The notes: a model not told the origin generated them from the letters alone. Shown: positions 1-9,296, counted from the first letter of the stretch. The stretch is 64,000 nucleotides of DNA from Terrimicrobiaceae bacterium (GCA_041752695.1 JBGSVZ010000113.1:52254-116253), one strand, 5' to 3'. Numbers and translations are program-made.

Positions 1-316
1 TGATGATTCGCTCCATCACCGCCGGCCAGTCCTCCGCCAACTGCTCAGCAACCCAGTCGCGGGCAAAGTCGCTGAAAAACACCACTTCTTCTCTCTCGGA
101 CTCTACCTGAACCACCTTTCGCGAATCGAGGTAACCCCGCAAAGCTTCGGTCCACGATTGGGTCTCTTCAAAACGCCGTTGCAATTGTTCCACAACGATT
201 TCGCGTGCTCGGGCCTCCGCTCCTTCCCGGGTCGCGTGTTCGCTATCAGGTTTCGGTTTTTCTTTCGGCCGCGAAAACGACCACGGATCGGGAATGATGA
301 CTTGGAAAGTTTTCAT
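1..316 (-). CDS. Hypothetical protein, runs off the left edge (partial)
   Basis: ATG at 316 opens a stop-free frame MKTFQVIIPDPWSFSRPKEKPKPDSEHATREGAEARAREIVVEQLQRRFEE... to base 1; read manually, absent from the ORF track. Confidence 0.6.
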   Translation of the reverse strand, partial: MKTFQVIIPDPWSFSRPKEKPKPDSEHATREGAEARAREIVVEQLQRRFEETQSWTEALRGYLDSRKVVQVESEREEVVFFSDFARDWVAEQLAEDWPAVMERII

Positions 317-361
317 GGGTATAAATGCATTGTAGCGGGAGCGAGGGACAAGGGTGGTCCC

Positions 362-745
362 TCACTTTTCCCCCTGCTGATTTCGGAGGCATCTTTCTGC
401 TTCGCGTTGAAAATCCGGGGCTCGTAGCGCACTCTGCAGCCATTCCTTGGTGGCGGAGCCAACCGGGATGCCCAATTGGGCGGCGCGAGTGACACCTCGG
501 ATGACCGCGTGGGTTTGCAGTCGGACTGGATAGGCCCTTGGACCCGAGGGCCGGGTCGCTTCGAGACGACCACCGCCCGAGATCCGGAAGTGTTCTCCCA
601 ATTGGATCGGCCTTCCGCTGAGAGTTTCGGTGAGGTAAGCCGAGTAATAGGGGATTTGAGTGTTGGTTTCCTGAAGGAGAATCTCCCCCAGCTGACGGTA
701 GGTTTTAGGTGTAAGCATAGTGAGTCTGCGAATAGCGATGTGCAA
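362..745 (-). CDS. Hypothetical protein
   Basis: 127-aa ORF co-oriented with neighbours, protein-like composition; no family recognised. Confidence 0.45.
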   Translation of the reverse strand: MHIAIRRLTMLTPKTYRQLGEILLQETNTQIPYYSAYLTETLSGRPIQLGEHFRISGGGRLEATRPSGPRAYPVRLQTHAVIRGVTRAAQLGIPVGSATKEWLQSALRAPDFQREAERCLRNQQGEK

Positions 746-836
746 TTGCGACTCACGGGCGTTAACTCATGCTGCGAACCATAGCCGCTTAACGTGCAGC
801 GTGGTATTTGGATATTCTCATCCCACCTGACTTTTG

Positions 837-894
837 AGTCAGGCCAGCCCCTTTTCCAGGACCTCAATCAACGTGTCCTTCAACCTCCCTGAAC
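837..894 (-). pseudogene. Relic 3' end of a LysR gene (diverged copy of 1903-1960)
   Basis: 49/58 nt identical by manual alignment; encodes SGRLKDTLIEVLEKGLA* versus SERLKDTLIEVLAQGLA*. Confidence 0.85.
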
Positions 895-919
895 TCCTCG
901 GGCGCGCTGAGATTTCGGA

Positions 920-1873
920 TCAATCGGCAACCCAACTCAGAACGGAAGAATCGGCAGCGGCGACGTTTTCCGTGGCCTCGAAATAGGCCTTCTCCAAATA
1001 GTTGAGCGACCCGTGATAAGGAGTAACGTCACGGTTCTCGCCTCCCTTGGCGAACTCGATCAGCCTCCGGCATTTCTCCAGGATTTCGGTGCGGTATTGG
1101 TCGTCATGGAAAAGGAAGATGCGGCGTCCTCTCGCATGAAATGCCTTCCAAAGAACCAATCCATCATTGCGGGCTACAACGACACCGCGTTCAATTCCAG
1201 CGCATCCCGCAACGCCGCAGCTACAGGTAAAGATTTCGTGCTCGTCGCTTTCAACCGTTGAGCGCAGCAGTGAGCCGGGACAGATCGTTCCCTGATATGG
1301 CTCCATCCCATCAATCAAGAGCTTGAGTGACATGGCCTCCGTGTTTCCGTCGGTTTCCTCCACCAAATCGAGCTGAAGTCGTGAAATACGTCCGCCCAAC
1401 AAGCGGTGGAAATCTGCAAATGTTTTTGGCGCGATCAGACGCGCATTCCACTCGTCCGCAAAGGAGCGCACATGCCGGACGAACTCATCATGCCCGAAGT
1501 ATGCGAAGCCAATGCCTTGCCCCACATGGCGCATGTGAACCCGGACCACGTGGGGCTCGGCATCCATCTCGGCCGCGGCGTCGAAGAGCACGCCGGGAAG
1601 TGGTCCTGTGCCATCCTCCACCTCGTCGTCGGTGGTCATTCGGACGAAAATCAAGAACCGCCTTTCGCCGAATTCTCCGTAGAGGAGGGAATTGCAACCG
1701 AATCGCTCTTCCGGCACCCGTTTGGGCGTGATCTTGCACCGGTAGAACGCCGAAGCCGAGACCATCAGCCCGCGCTCGATGACTTCCGCTGCAAGGTGTG
1801 AGTTGGGATGGGTGAATTCCATGGTTTTTCGCAAAGGGAAGTGATCCTTGTGAAGTTTTCCACCTCCAGCCAT
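920..1873 (-). CDS. Hypothetical two-domain protein with C-terminal CxCGxxGC motif (start may be MEFTHP at 1822)
   Basis: 317-aa ORF; IFTCSCGVAGCAG...VLW...FLF..DQY. Confidence 0.75.
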   Translation of the reverse strand: MAGGGKLHKDHFPLRKTMEFTHPNSHLAAEVIERGLMVSASAFYRCKITPKRVPEERFGCNSLLYGEFGERRFLIFVRMTTDDEVEDGTGPLPGVLFDAAAEMDAEPHVVRVHMRHVGQGIGFAYFGHDEFVRHVRSFADEWNARLIAPKTFADFHRLLGGRISRLQLDLVEETDGNTEAMSLKLLIDGMEPYQGTICPGSLLRSTVESDEHEIFTCSCGVAGCAGIERGVVVARNDGLVLWKAFHARGRRIFLFHDDQYRTEILEKCRRLIEFAKGGENRDVTPYHGSLNYLEKAYFEATENVAAADSSVLSWVAD

Positions 1874-1904
1874 TCACAAAAATTCAGGTCACATGTCTCT
1901 GAAG

Positions 1905-2792
1905 TCAGGCCAGTCCTTGTGCCAGGACCTCGATCAAAGTGTCCTTCAACCTTTCCGAACCCGGTCGAACATCCAGCACCCGCCGATGCCAGGCCAACCC
2001 CAACTCGCGTTTGATCGGACGCAGCCACGCGGGATCATGGACGGTAACCTGCTTGTCGAAATATGCCGCCGAGATGTGCGGGAGAATGGCAGCGGCCACA
2101 CCGGAGCGAACCATTTGCGCCGCCTGGGTGAAGCTTGTGCAGCGAAAGACGATGTTCGGTCGCTTCCGCAGTTTTGCCGTAGCCAGTTCGAAAGCCTCCA
2201 AGAACTCCCCACCAATCGAGATGGCAAGAGGCAGTTCAGTCGGGTCTTTGCGTTCACCCGCACCCTTAGGCGCGAACAGTCGATAGCGCACTTCTCCCAA
2301 AGAATGAAATTGCAGTGGATGCACCAACGCAGACCGCCGGATGATCCCGAAATCCACGGTATGCTCCAAAAGGCCGCGCACGATGTCACCGGTTCTCCAG
2401 TCCAGCAGCGAATACGTCCCTGGCACCGCCGTCGAAGCGCGTCCCATCTGGGGAGCGAGCAACCACTCCAGCACGCTGTTACCGGAGGCGATTCGAAACT
2501 CCACCGGCTGCCCCGCACATTCCGCCTTGAAATCCGATAGCCCCTGAAATTGCAAACGAACCTGGCGAGCCAATTGCCGCCCTGCCTCCGTGAATTCCAG
2601 TCCCTTTCCCTTCCTCTTCGTCAATTCTACGCCGAAGAAGGACTCCAACTCGCTGATCTGCCGGCTGATCAAGGATTGCCGCGAAGGATCGCCGTCGGCC
2701 ACCCGCGCAATCGAGCCCACCTCGGCCACATCAATGAAGCTTTTGAGCCGGTCAATAGAAAGTCCACCGAGAGAAAAGAGATTTTCAAACAT
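1905..2792 (-). CDS. LysR-family transcriptional regulator
   Basis: N-terminal wHTH (F..VAEVGSI...QSLISRQISELESFFGVEL.KR) plus substrate-binding domain, 295 aa. Confidence 0.93.
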   Translation of the reverse strand: MFENLFSLGGLSIDRLKSFIDVAEVGSIARVADGDPSRQSLISRQISELESFFGVELTKRKGKGLEFTEAGRQLARQVRLQFQGLSDFKAECAGQPVEFRIASGNSVLEWLLAPQMGRASTAVPGTYSLLDWRTGDIVRGLLEHTVDFGIIRRSALVHPLQFHSLGEVRYRLFAPKGAGERKDPTELPLAISIGGEFLEAFELATAKLRKRPNIVFRCTSFTQAAQMVRSGVAAAILPHISAAYFDKQVTVHDPAWLRPIKRELGLAWHRRVLDVRPGSERLKDTLIEVLAQGLA

Positions 2793-2849
2793 GATGATAA
2801 AGTAATCTTTCAGTCAATACACCCACAAACGCCGCATGCGAAGTCTCAT

Positions 2850-3425
2850 TCATTTGCTCGCGTTGTCTGAAAAATTTCGGAAATACCAGTCGACCTCATC
2901 TCTCCGGACAACCGGATCGGGGATTTGTCGCAGCGCCCAGTTCAAAAGTGGCCGGTAAGGAATATCCGCGTGATGCCATTCCACGCCCGCAGCCCTTTCC
3001 TGCATCCATTCCTGCCGCACCCGCTCGAAGGCCTCGGGGGACAACTCCTCAAAGGGTAAGCTTTCTCGATCTTCCGGCACGGTGTTTTCCAGCCATGCCT
3101 TGTGCATCTCCGCCTGATATTCCGCATGACTGGCCCCGGATTCAAAACACGAAATCAGTCCATCAAGGTCCCAGCAACCATAGCCGTATGTTTCCGAACA
3201 CTCGAACACAACTTCCCCTGGCGTTCTCGGGTCGGCATCCAGCCACTTTCGCTCGACAGGAGAAAGTGGGAGAAGAGCCGTGTGCAGATAGTCGGCAAGC
3301 CACGCAACATACGTCTCATAGTCGCCGGCCACCCGACACGCATCCAGCTCCGTGCCATCAGATCGTTTCGGAACGGTGAAATCCACAAATGACCGAGGGG
3401 GAAAATTCTCCAAAAACCAGCTCAT
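2850..3425 (-). CDS. Hypothetical protein
   Basis: Acidic/Trp-rich ORF; likely start MSWFLENF at 3425, avoiding overlap with the divergent gene. Confidence 0.7.
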   Translation of the reverse strand: MSWFLENFPPRSFVDFTVPKRSDGTELDACRVAGDYETYVAWLADYLHTALLPLSPVERKWLDADPRTPGEVVFECSETYGYGCWDLDGLISCFESGASHAEYQAEMHKAWLENTVPEDRESLPFEELSPEAFERVRQEWMQERAAGVEWHHADIPYRPLLNWALRQIPDPVVRRDEVDWYFRNFSDNASK

Positions 3426-3532
3426 ATTTTTACTCCCTAAAAACATAGAGGCCATGAGGGACATCGGCAGTCCTTTCTTCTTTTTTTCTCCGGTGACCAC
3501 AGATGTCCCTGGGTCTTGCCAGAATGTGGCTA

Positions 3533-4447
3533 ATGAAAATCCAAGACACACCCACATCCGCCCACAATCTCACCGCTTGGTTCGTTTCCGTTCCCACCGT
3601 CCCCGGCATTCCCAGCTACACCGTCCTTGAAGAGGCCATGGAAACTCAAACCGGCCTGCTTCATGAAACCGGAGACGTCAACGAACTCTTGATCGAGAAT
3701 CCAGGGGATCTGGATCTCTTCATTCAAGCCGGCGATATTGTGAAAGGCGGACGCCAGGATCGAACGCTTGGTGCGGACTTTATTGTGCCGGCCAGGTCAG
3801 GGAAGGTCCCCATTCCGGTTTTTTGCGTGGAATCAGCCCGCTGGCACAAACGCCGCAATGAATCGGACGCCCACTTCTCGAAATCCAGCGATTTTGCGTC
3901 ATCGAAGAAGCTGCGAATGGCACTCCAGTCCAAAAAGAGCCAGGGCGAAGTCTGGGCCTCGGTCGAGGAAGATCAGGCCAAGTTGAGCGAGAGCATCGGA
4001 CTTTGCGCGAAAGCCGCCATGTCACCATCCAGTATTCAACTTTCCTACGAGATGAAGGAGACTACCGCCGCGGTGGAGGAATATCTGGCGGGTTTGGAGG
4101 CCGCCCCATCCCCAGAAGCGGCGGGCGTGATCTGGGCCATCAACGGAAAATTCAGCCACGCCGATGTTTACGGAGATGCGGCTCTGTTTCGAAAGGTTTG
4201 GAAAAAGCTCCTTCGCGCCGCCGCCTTTGAGGCCATCGGCGAGCGAACCCAACCATCCACAGACTTGCCGACCGACATTGCCGAGGTCTCGAAATGGCTT
4301 GAAGAAGCCAAAGCTGCCACGGCGGAAGAGGAAAACCTTCCCCCACGGACACGCCTCTCCACCCGCAGGGCCAAGTCGCAGCTCCGGTTCGAGACCCGCG
4401 ATACGGCTGTCGCCGACCCGATCCACCTCAGCATCCTCGCGCAGTAA
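3533..4447 (+). CDS. ARPP-1 (DUF6569-like) domain protein
   Basis: VNELLIEN...LFIQAGDIVKGGRQDR...IPVFCVE..RW and SQGEVW motifs typical of this family. Confidence 0.75.
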   Translation: MKIQDTPTSAHNLTAWFVSVPTVPGIPSYTVLEEAMETQTGLLHETGDVNELLIENPGDLDLFIQAGDIVKGGRQDRTLGADFIVPARSGKVPIPVFCVESARWHKRRNESDAHFSKSSDFASSKKLRMALQSKKSQGEVWASVEEDQAKLSESIGLCAKAAMSPSSIQLSYEMKETTAAVEEYLAGLEAAPSPEAAGVIWAINGKFSHADVYGDAALFRKVWKKLLRAAAFEAIGERTQPSTDLPTDIAEVSKWLEEAKAATAEEENLPPRTRLSTRRAKSQLRFETRDTAVADPIHLSILAQ

Positions 4448-4450
4448 TCC

Positions 4451-4792
4451 ATGTGGCTCGCAACCCAACACGGCTTCTATTCCATTGTTGAGAAGAAATC
4501 CGGGGAGTTTCACGTCCGCGCACGCTGCCGCAAAGATCTGGAAAATCTCGTCTCGTTATCAGGGCTGGCAACGCCGATCATCGAGACACTGGCCGGCGAC
4601 TACCGTTGGCGGCTCGTCGTCGGAAAGTCCGAGGTTTTGAAAGTGCTCGCCGCTCTGGGTGACTCGATCGACTATTTCAACTTCAAGGATCGCATCCACG
4701 ATCTTCCAGACCAGCGCGAAAAGGCACCGATCTATTCTCGGTTGTGGTCGCAGCTCTATTCGCTTCAATCGAAACAAGGAGGCCGGTTATGA
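4451..4792 (+). CDS. Conserved hypothetical protein (MWxxTxxGFxSIV...VRAR type)
   Basis: Starts 3 nt after the ARPP-1 stop; MWLATQHGFYSIV, VRAR..DL, DYRWR, IDYFNFK. Confidence 0.8.
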   Translation: MWLATQHGFYSIVEKKSGEFHVRARCRKDLENLVSLSGLATPIIETLAGDYRWRLVVGKSEVLKVLAALGDSIDYFNFKDRIHDLPDQREKAPIYSRLWSQLYSLQSKQGGRL

Positions 4793-5352
4793 CGATGCAG
4801 GCATCGGAGTTTCTCGAAGCCGAGGACCGGAGCTACGTCGTCTATGGATTCGACGGGGAAAACCAGTTTTCGCCCGAGACTATCGGCATCAAGATCGAGG
4901 GAGCCTCCACCGCTTGCTACCGGGGCTGGTTTGCGAACTGCCGCCTCTGGGATGGACGACTCTTTGTCAATGAATTGACAATATACTCCCGGCGGGTTCC
5001 CCCCATCTGCGGTATTAGACCAGAAATCGGTGACTTCTCCTCAAAGTATCGTGGCCTCATGCTCCCCTCGGGATTTACGGGAGAAGTCACCGTGATTCCT
5101 GCAGAAGACCGAAGCCGAGCGCGGATTCTCTACTACTGCATACCCGATAAAGACGAAATCGTTTCCCAGTTCGTTCTAACATTCACCTTGGGAAGACTCA
5201 AATCCGTTAAGAATACCTCCTATCTTCTTCAGGCCGAAGTTGACGAAGACGAACCGGGGAAAAATGCCCGGGCCGGCCGGATCTTTGGCGATGTGCCGAC
5301 CCCGTTTGATCATCTCATTTACAAGCACTTTAACGAATGGGAGGCTGGCTGA
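4789..5352 (+). CDS. Hypothetical protein (STACxRG motif)
   Basis: ATGA overlap with previous gene; STACYRGW...GRLFV. Confidence 0.7.
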   Translation: MTMQASEFLEAEDRSYVVYGFDGENQFSPETIGIKIEGASTACYRGWFANCRLWDGRLFVNELTIYSRRVPPICGIRPEIGDFSSKYRGLMLPSGFTGEVTVIPAEDRSRARILYYCIPDKDEIVSQFVLTFTLGRLKSVKNTSYLLQAEVDEDEPGKNARAGRIFGDVPTPFDHLIYKHFNEWEAG

Positions 5353-5379
5353 AATAGTGCGCTTTTCCGAGGAAAATTG

Positions 5380-5904
5380 ATGACCCCGTTTCCAAAAATC
5401 ACCATCAGCAGCGTCGAGGAGTTGGATGATCTGGATCTGACAGGCTTTACCCACGTCATTTCGATCTGGGACCCGCTGGCTTCCGGGCAATCGCACCACG
5501 AACGCCGCTTTCGAAGCAAACTCGCGAAGTCGGCCCAAGTCCATTTCACCTACTTCGATGACATCGTCTCTCCGCTGCCCAATCGTCAGGCTCCTTCCCT
5601 CGAGCAAGTCCGGGAAATCCTCGCCTTCAGCGCCGCACTTCCGAAACGCGCCTCCGTTCTGATCCACTGTTGGGCCGGCATCTCCCGCTCGACCGCCGTC
5701 GCCTATGCCATCTTGTGCCAGTCCGCCGGCCCAGGAACCGAAAAGGACTGCATCGTTCAGCTGCAAAAGATCCGACCCAAAGCCCTTCCAAACTTGCGGA
5801 TTATCACTCTTGCCGAACTCGCATTGGGCCGCAACGGCACCATGTTCGCCGCGTGCGAGGATTTGAGTATGCGTCAGTTTTCAGTGGTCGACGACGAACA
5901 TTGA
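5380..5904 (+). CDS. Protein-tyrosine/dual-specificity (CX5R) phosphatase-fold protein
   Basis: HVISIWDP, FDD, IHCWAGISRSTA P-loop, RPxAxPN. Confidence 0.9.
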   Translation: MTPFPKITISSVEELDDLDLTGFTHVISIWDPLASGQSHHERRFRSKLAKSAQVHFTYFDDIVSPLPNRQAPSLEQVREILAFSAALPKRASVLIHCWAGISRSTAVAYAILCQSAGPGTEKDCIVQLQKIRPKALPNLRIITLAELALGRNGTMFAACEDLSMRQFSVVDDEH

Positions 5905-5961
5905 CCAGTATCTCCGAGAAGGACAGCCGTTGTCCCTCGGTGATGCTATAGCAGTCTGATC

Positions 5962-6459
5962 ATGACCCCTGCACAATCCACCCACCTCGCCGACCACCAT
6001 GAAGAGACATGGTCGCCGCCAAGCGAGGCCCATTTTCACGCCTTTACCTGGACCGAATGCTTTGCGCAATCGGAGCCCGGCTCACGCGTGTATCGGTATG
6101 GAATCATTGGCGCCCAAGCGGAGAAGCATTTCAGGATCTATTTTCGCCGCGTGACCTGGCCGAAGGCAGAGTGGATGGCACACGATATGTCGACGTCACG
6201 TTCTCTCGAACTGAGCACCTGTCTAAAGACCATCAGTATTCCACTCTACTTCGAGGCTGATTGGGAGAGCTCCATTCACGATAACAACAGACTTATCGTG
6301 CCTCGGGGTGGAGCCTCTGTCTCCTTGTGGTGGGATAGTTGGTCTAATCCGGTTTTCGAGGCTCTTGAGCCGCTCTGGCCGTTCCTGTCAGAAACTCGCG
6401 AAATTCTGAAAGATGTTTTTGCCGAGAAGGAAGCGTTAACGAATGACGCCGAACTCTAA
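5962..6459 (+). CDS. Hypothetical protein
   Basis: 165-aa ORF in operon position between phosphatase and rtcB. Confidence 0.6.
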   Translation: MTPAQSTHLADHHEETWSPPSEAHFHAFTWTECFAQSEPGSRVYRYGIIGAQAEKHFRIYFRRVTWPKAEWMAHDMSTSRSLELSTCLKTISIPLYFEADWESSIHDNNRLIVPRGGASVSLWWDSWSNPVFEALEPLWPFLSETREILKDVFAEKEALTNDAEL

Positions 6460-6477
6460 ACTCGCAGTCTCACACTC

Positions 6478-7863
6478 ATGAAAGCCAAAGAACTCCTTCT
6501 GCTGGGCGTGCCGCTCGGTGCGCCGATGGGCGAAGCCTTCAAATTCATCTCCGCTTTTTGCCTGGCCGGCGGGACGAAAGAATCTCTCTCCGGCGAGATT
6601 GCCGCCATCGTGGCGAATCCGGCTTCTTTTCAGGCGGATACCCTGCGCGCCGCCCTCGCCGCATCGCTTCTGGCTCCAGACCTCTACCTTCCAGGCAAGC
6701 CACCCGCCCCCTGGCGGCAGTGGGGGACTGACATTGACGAACTTGCCATCAAACAACTGGAAATGGCGAGCCTTCTCCCGATCTCCGTTGCCGCTGCGCT
6801 CATGCCCGACGCGCACGTGGGCTACGGGTTGCCCATCGGCGGCGTCCTGGCCACAGAGAATGCCGTCATTCCCTACGCGGTAGGTGTGGACATCGCCTGC
6901 CGAATGAAAATGACCGTGCTCGACCTTCCGGTTTCCTGGCTCGACGAGCACAAGGACAGGCTGACCGCCGCCTTGGAAACCGAAACCCGGTTCGGCGTGG
7001 GAGCCACGTTCAAAGATCGGCGCGACCACCCTGTCCTCGACGAGGATTGGTCCGTCAGCCCGATCACCGCGAAGAACAAAGACCGGGCCCGGGCGCAACT
7101 CGGCACAAGCGGCAGCGGAAACCATTTTGTGGAATTCGGAGTCCTGACCGTCACGAATGCCGAAGCCGGTCTCGAACCCGGCGAGCACCTGGCTCTCCTG
7201 TCCCATAGCGGAAGCCGGGGAACCGGAGCCGCCGTGTGCGATCACTACAGCAAGCTGGCCATGTCCCTGCACCCCGAGCTGCCCCGCGAACTGTCCCGCC
7301 TCGCCTGGCTTCTTCTCGATTCTGAAGAAGGGCAGGAATACTGGAACGCCATGAACCTGATGGGCCTCTACGCCGCAGCCAATCACGCGCTCATCCATAG
7401 GCAGATCGCCGCCAATCTCGGGGCCGAAGTTCGCCTTGATGTCGAAAACCACCACAACTTCGCCTGGAAAGAATCCCACTTCGGAAAAGACGTCATCGTC
7501 CATCGCAAAGGAGCGACTCCCGCAGGATCCGGAGTTTTGGGTATCATTCCCGGTTCCATGGCCACGCCTGGCTTTCTGGTTCGGGGGCGGGGGAATACCG
7601 ACTCGTTGCACTCGGCCTCCCACGGGGCCGGCCGCGCCATGAGCCGCACACGGGCGAATGAGACGCTTTCCTGGCAGGACGCCAACGCCTTCCTCCGCGA
7701 TCGTGGGGTCACTCTTCTCTCCTCAGGCCTGGACGAAGTTCCTGCCTGCTATAAAGACATCGAGACCGTCATGGCCGCCCAAACCGACCTCGTCGAAGTC
7801 CTCGCCCGCTTCGATCCGAAATTGGTCAAAATGTGCCCCAGCGGCGAACGTCCCGAGGATTGA
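6478..7863 (+). CDS. rtcB: RNA-splicing/repair ligase RtcB
   Basis: MPDAHVGYGLPIGGV, VGVDIAC, GSGNHF, HSGSRG, HHN, HRKGAT, PGSM, SHGAGR, DEVP..YK motifs all present. Confidence 0.95.
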   Translation: MKAKELLLLGVPLGAPMGEAFKFISAFCLAGGTKESLSGEIAAIVANPASFQADTLRAALAASLLAPDLYLPGKPPAPWRQWGTDIDELAIKQLEMASLLPISVAAALMPDAHVGYGLPIGGVLATENAVIPYAVGVDIACRMKMTVLDLPVSWLDEHKDRLTAALETETRFGVGATFKDRRDHPVLDEDWSVSPITAKNKDRARAQLGTSGSGNHFVEFGVLTVTNAEAGLEPGEHLALLSHSGSRGTGAAVCDHYSKLAMSLHPELPRELSRLAWLLLDSEEGQEYWNAMNLMGLYAAANHALIHRQIAANLGAEVRLDVENHHNFAWKESHFGKDVIVHRKGATPAGSGVLGIIPGSMATPGFLVRGRGNTDSLHSASHGAGRAMSRTRANETLSWQDANAFLRDRGVTLLSSGLDEVPACYKDIETVMAAQTDLVEVLARFDPKLVKMCPSGERPED

Positions 7864-7894
7864 ATCATGACTGGATTGCCAAGAAGCAAAAGAA

Positions 7895-7918
7895 ACGCCC
7901 CGGTGCGGGCCGGGGCGT
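7895..7918. terminator. GC-rich hairpin downstream of rtcB
   Basis: ACGCCCCGG-N6-CCGGGGCGT, preceded by an A-rich tract. Confidence 0.55.
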
Positions 7919-8118
7919 CGGTCCGAAGATGCGATCTCCGGGGAAAAGCCAACAGGGCATTCATCACCACCGTATTGCGATGGGAGAGGAGTTGCGCCCG
8001 GACTGTAAGTTCAGATGTAAGTTGGCTCCGCCGATCCGATCAATCACTTTCGCAGCTCTCCTTTGAAGGCATCACACTGATGCAAGAGGCTAGATTGACA
8101 TCGACACTCGCGCAAATC

Positions 8119-8145
8119 TGGCTCATTATGCATAACTATGAGCCA
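8119..8145. promoter_or_regulatory. Palindromic putative operator overlapping the RHH gene start codon
   Basis: TGGCTCAT-N11-ATGAGCCA with internal TTATGCATAA palindrome. Confidence 0.5.
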
Positions 8146-8350
8146 ACGACCCCTCAGATCACGACAGCCCGTCACTGGCGGCGGTGAAGCGGAGCGGATT
8201 TCTCTGATGATTTCCGCTGCCGACCGGGCATCCCTGAACCGCATTGCCGACGAGAAACGCGTCAGTGTGGCGTGGGTTGTTCGGGACGCCGTGACCCGCT
8301 ATCTCGCGCTGCCGGATAACCAGGATCGCTCCGAAAAAACACAGGGGTGA
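8138..8350 (+). CDS. Ribbon-helix-helix (CopG-like) regulator
   Basis: RISLMIS..DRASLNRIADEKRVSVAWVVRDAV..YL pattern, 70 aa. Confidence 0.85.
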   Translation: MSQRPLRSRQPVTGGGEAERISLMISAADRASLNRIADEKRVSVAWVVRDAVTRYLALPDNQDRSEKTQG

Positions 8351-8402
8351 TCCCGTAGATGTCCCACCCAACGAGTTACGATGTCCTGCTGAACTAATCC
8401 TA

Positions 8403-9296
8403 TTGGCAACTGAAGAAAGTCCGACCGAATTCGCGGGAAGTAAGATCCTGATGACCATTTTGAATCCAGACACCACAGAAACCCCCAAGCCATCTGAGCA
8501 GATGCAGCTTCTGGCATCCGGCGCGCCACCGGATGCTTTGGAGACGCCGCGTATCCTCAGTCGGCCACAAAAGACTCTTCAAGATGTTCTTCTCAAAGAA
8601 TCCCTTGCCGCGCTGACTCACGCGGAAGCCATCACTCAAATCGCCGAACTCCGCGGGGCACTCGCGTCAGGGCTTCCACAAAACAGCGAGATCACTCGGC
8701 TCCGCTATGCCGACTCTCTGATCAAGTGGTTCTTCCGCGATGGCCTCAATGGGTTCGCGCTCACCGCGTGGCGTGCCTACCGCGATTTCTCCATCCAGTC
8801 GGTGATCCACCGTTACCTGTATCTCTCGGCCGAGCCGATCATGGCCGCGAGCGTTTCGGTTGTTATGCCTCGCCTTCAAGAGGGGATCGTCGCTCCATCG
8901 CAATACCTGATCTCAAACACGGAGAAGGTTATTGGTCACGGATTGGTCTCACTGAGCCAGAAGCGCCTGCTCGCCAATCTCCGAAAACTCGGATTCTTGG
9001 AGAAGACGTCGACCGGCGACCGCGTTGCTGTTCCTTCATTCAACCCGACCGCCGCGCTCCTTTGCCTGCACCACGCTTTCACGGTCGAGGCGGCCAAGAC
9101 GATCGAAATCCCACAAATCGAAGCGAATCCATTCTGGTATTTCACGGGATTGCGCAATGCCGACCAGCTCCGGGACTTTCTTCGAGCTGCGGACCATGCC
9201 GGGTTAATCGGGAAATACGTCGTTGCCGATCGACTTGAGCAGATCACGACGAGTTACGGATGGCGGGAATTGATCGAAAGGAGGGCCAGCTTGTGA
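8403..9296 (+). CDS. Putative BrxA-like protein of a BREX-type system (start possibly 8451 or 8502)
   Basis: LPQNSEITRLRYA...WFF and wHTH-like LLANLRKLGFL; context with the two downstream genes. Confidence 0.5.
   Translation: MATEESPTEFAGSKILMTILNPDTTETPKPSEQMQLLASGAPPDALETPRILSRPQKTLQDVLLKESLAALTHAEAITQIAELRGALASGLPQNSEITRLRYADSLIKWFFRDGLNGFALTAWRAYRDFSIQSVIHRYLYLSAEPIMAASVSVVMPRLQEGIVAPSQYLISNTEKVIGHGLVSLSQKRLLANLRKLGFLEKTSTGDRVAVPSFNPTAALLCLHHAFTVEAAKTIEIPQIEANPFWYFTGLRNADQLRDFLRAADHAGLIGKYVVADRLEQITTSYGWRELIERRASL

Noticed and set aside
7867..8187. 106-aa ORF after rtcB
   Set aside because: Spans a terminator-like hairpin and regulatory palindromes and overlaps the RHH gene; likely non-coding
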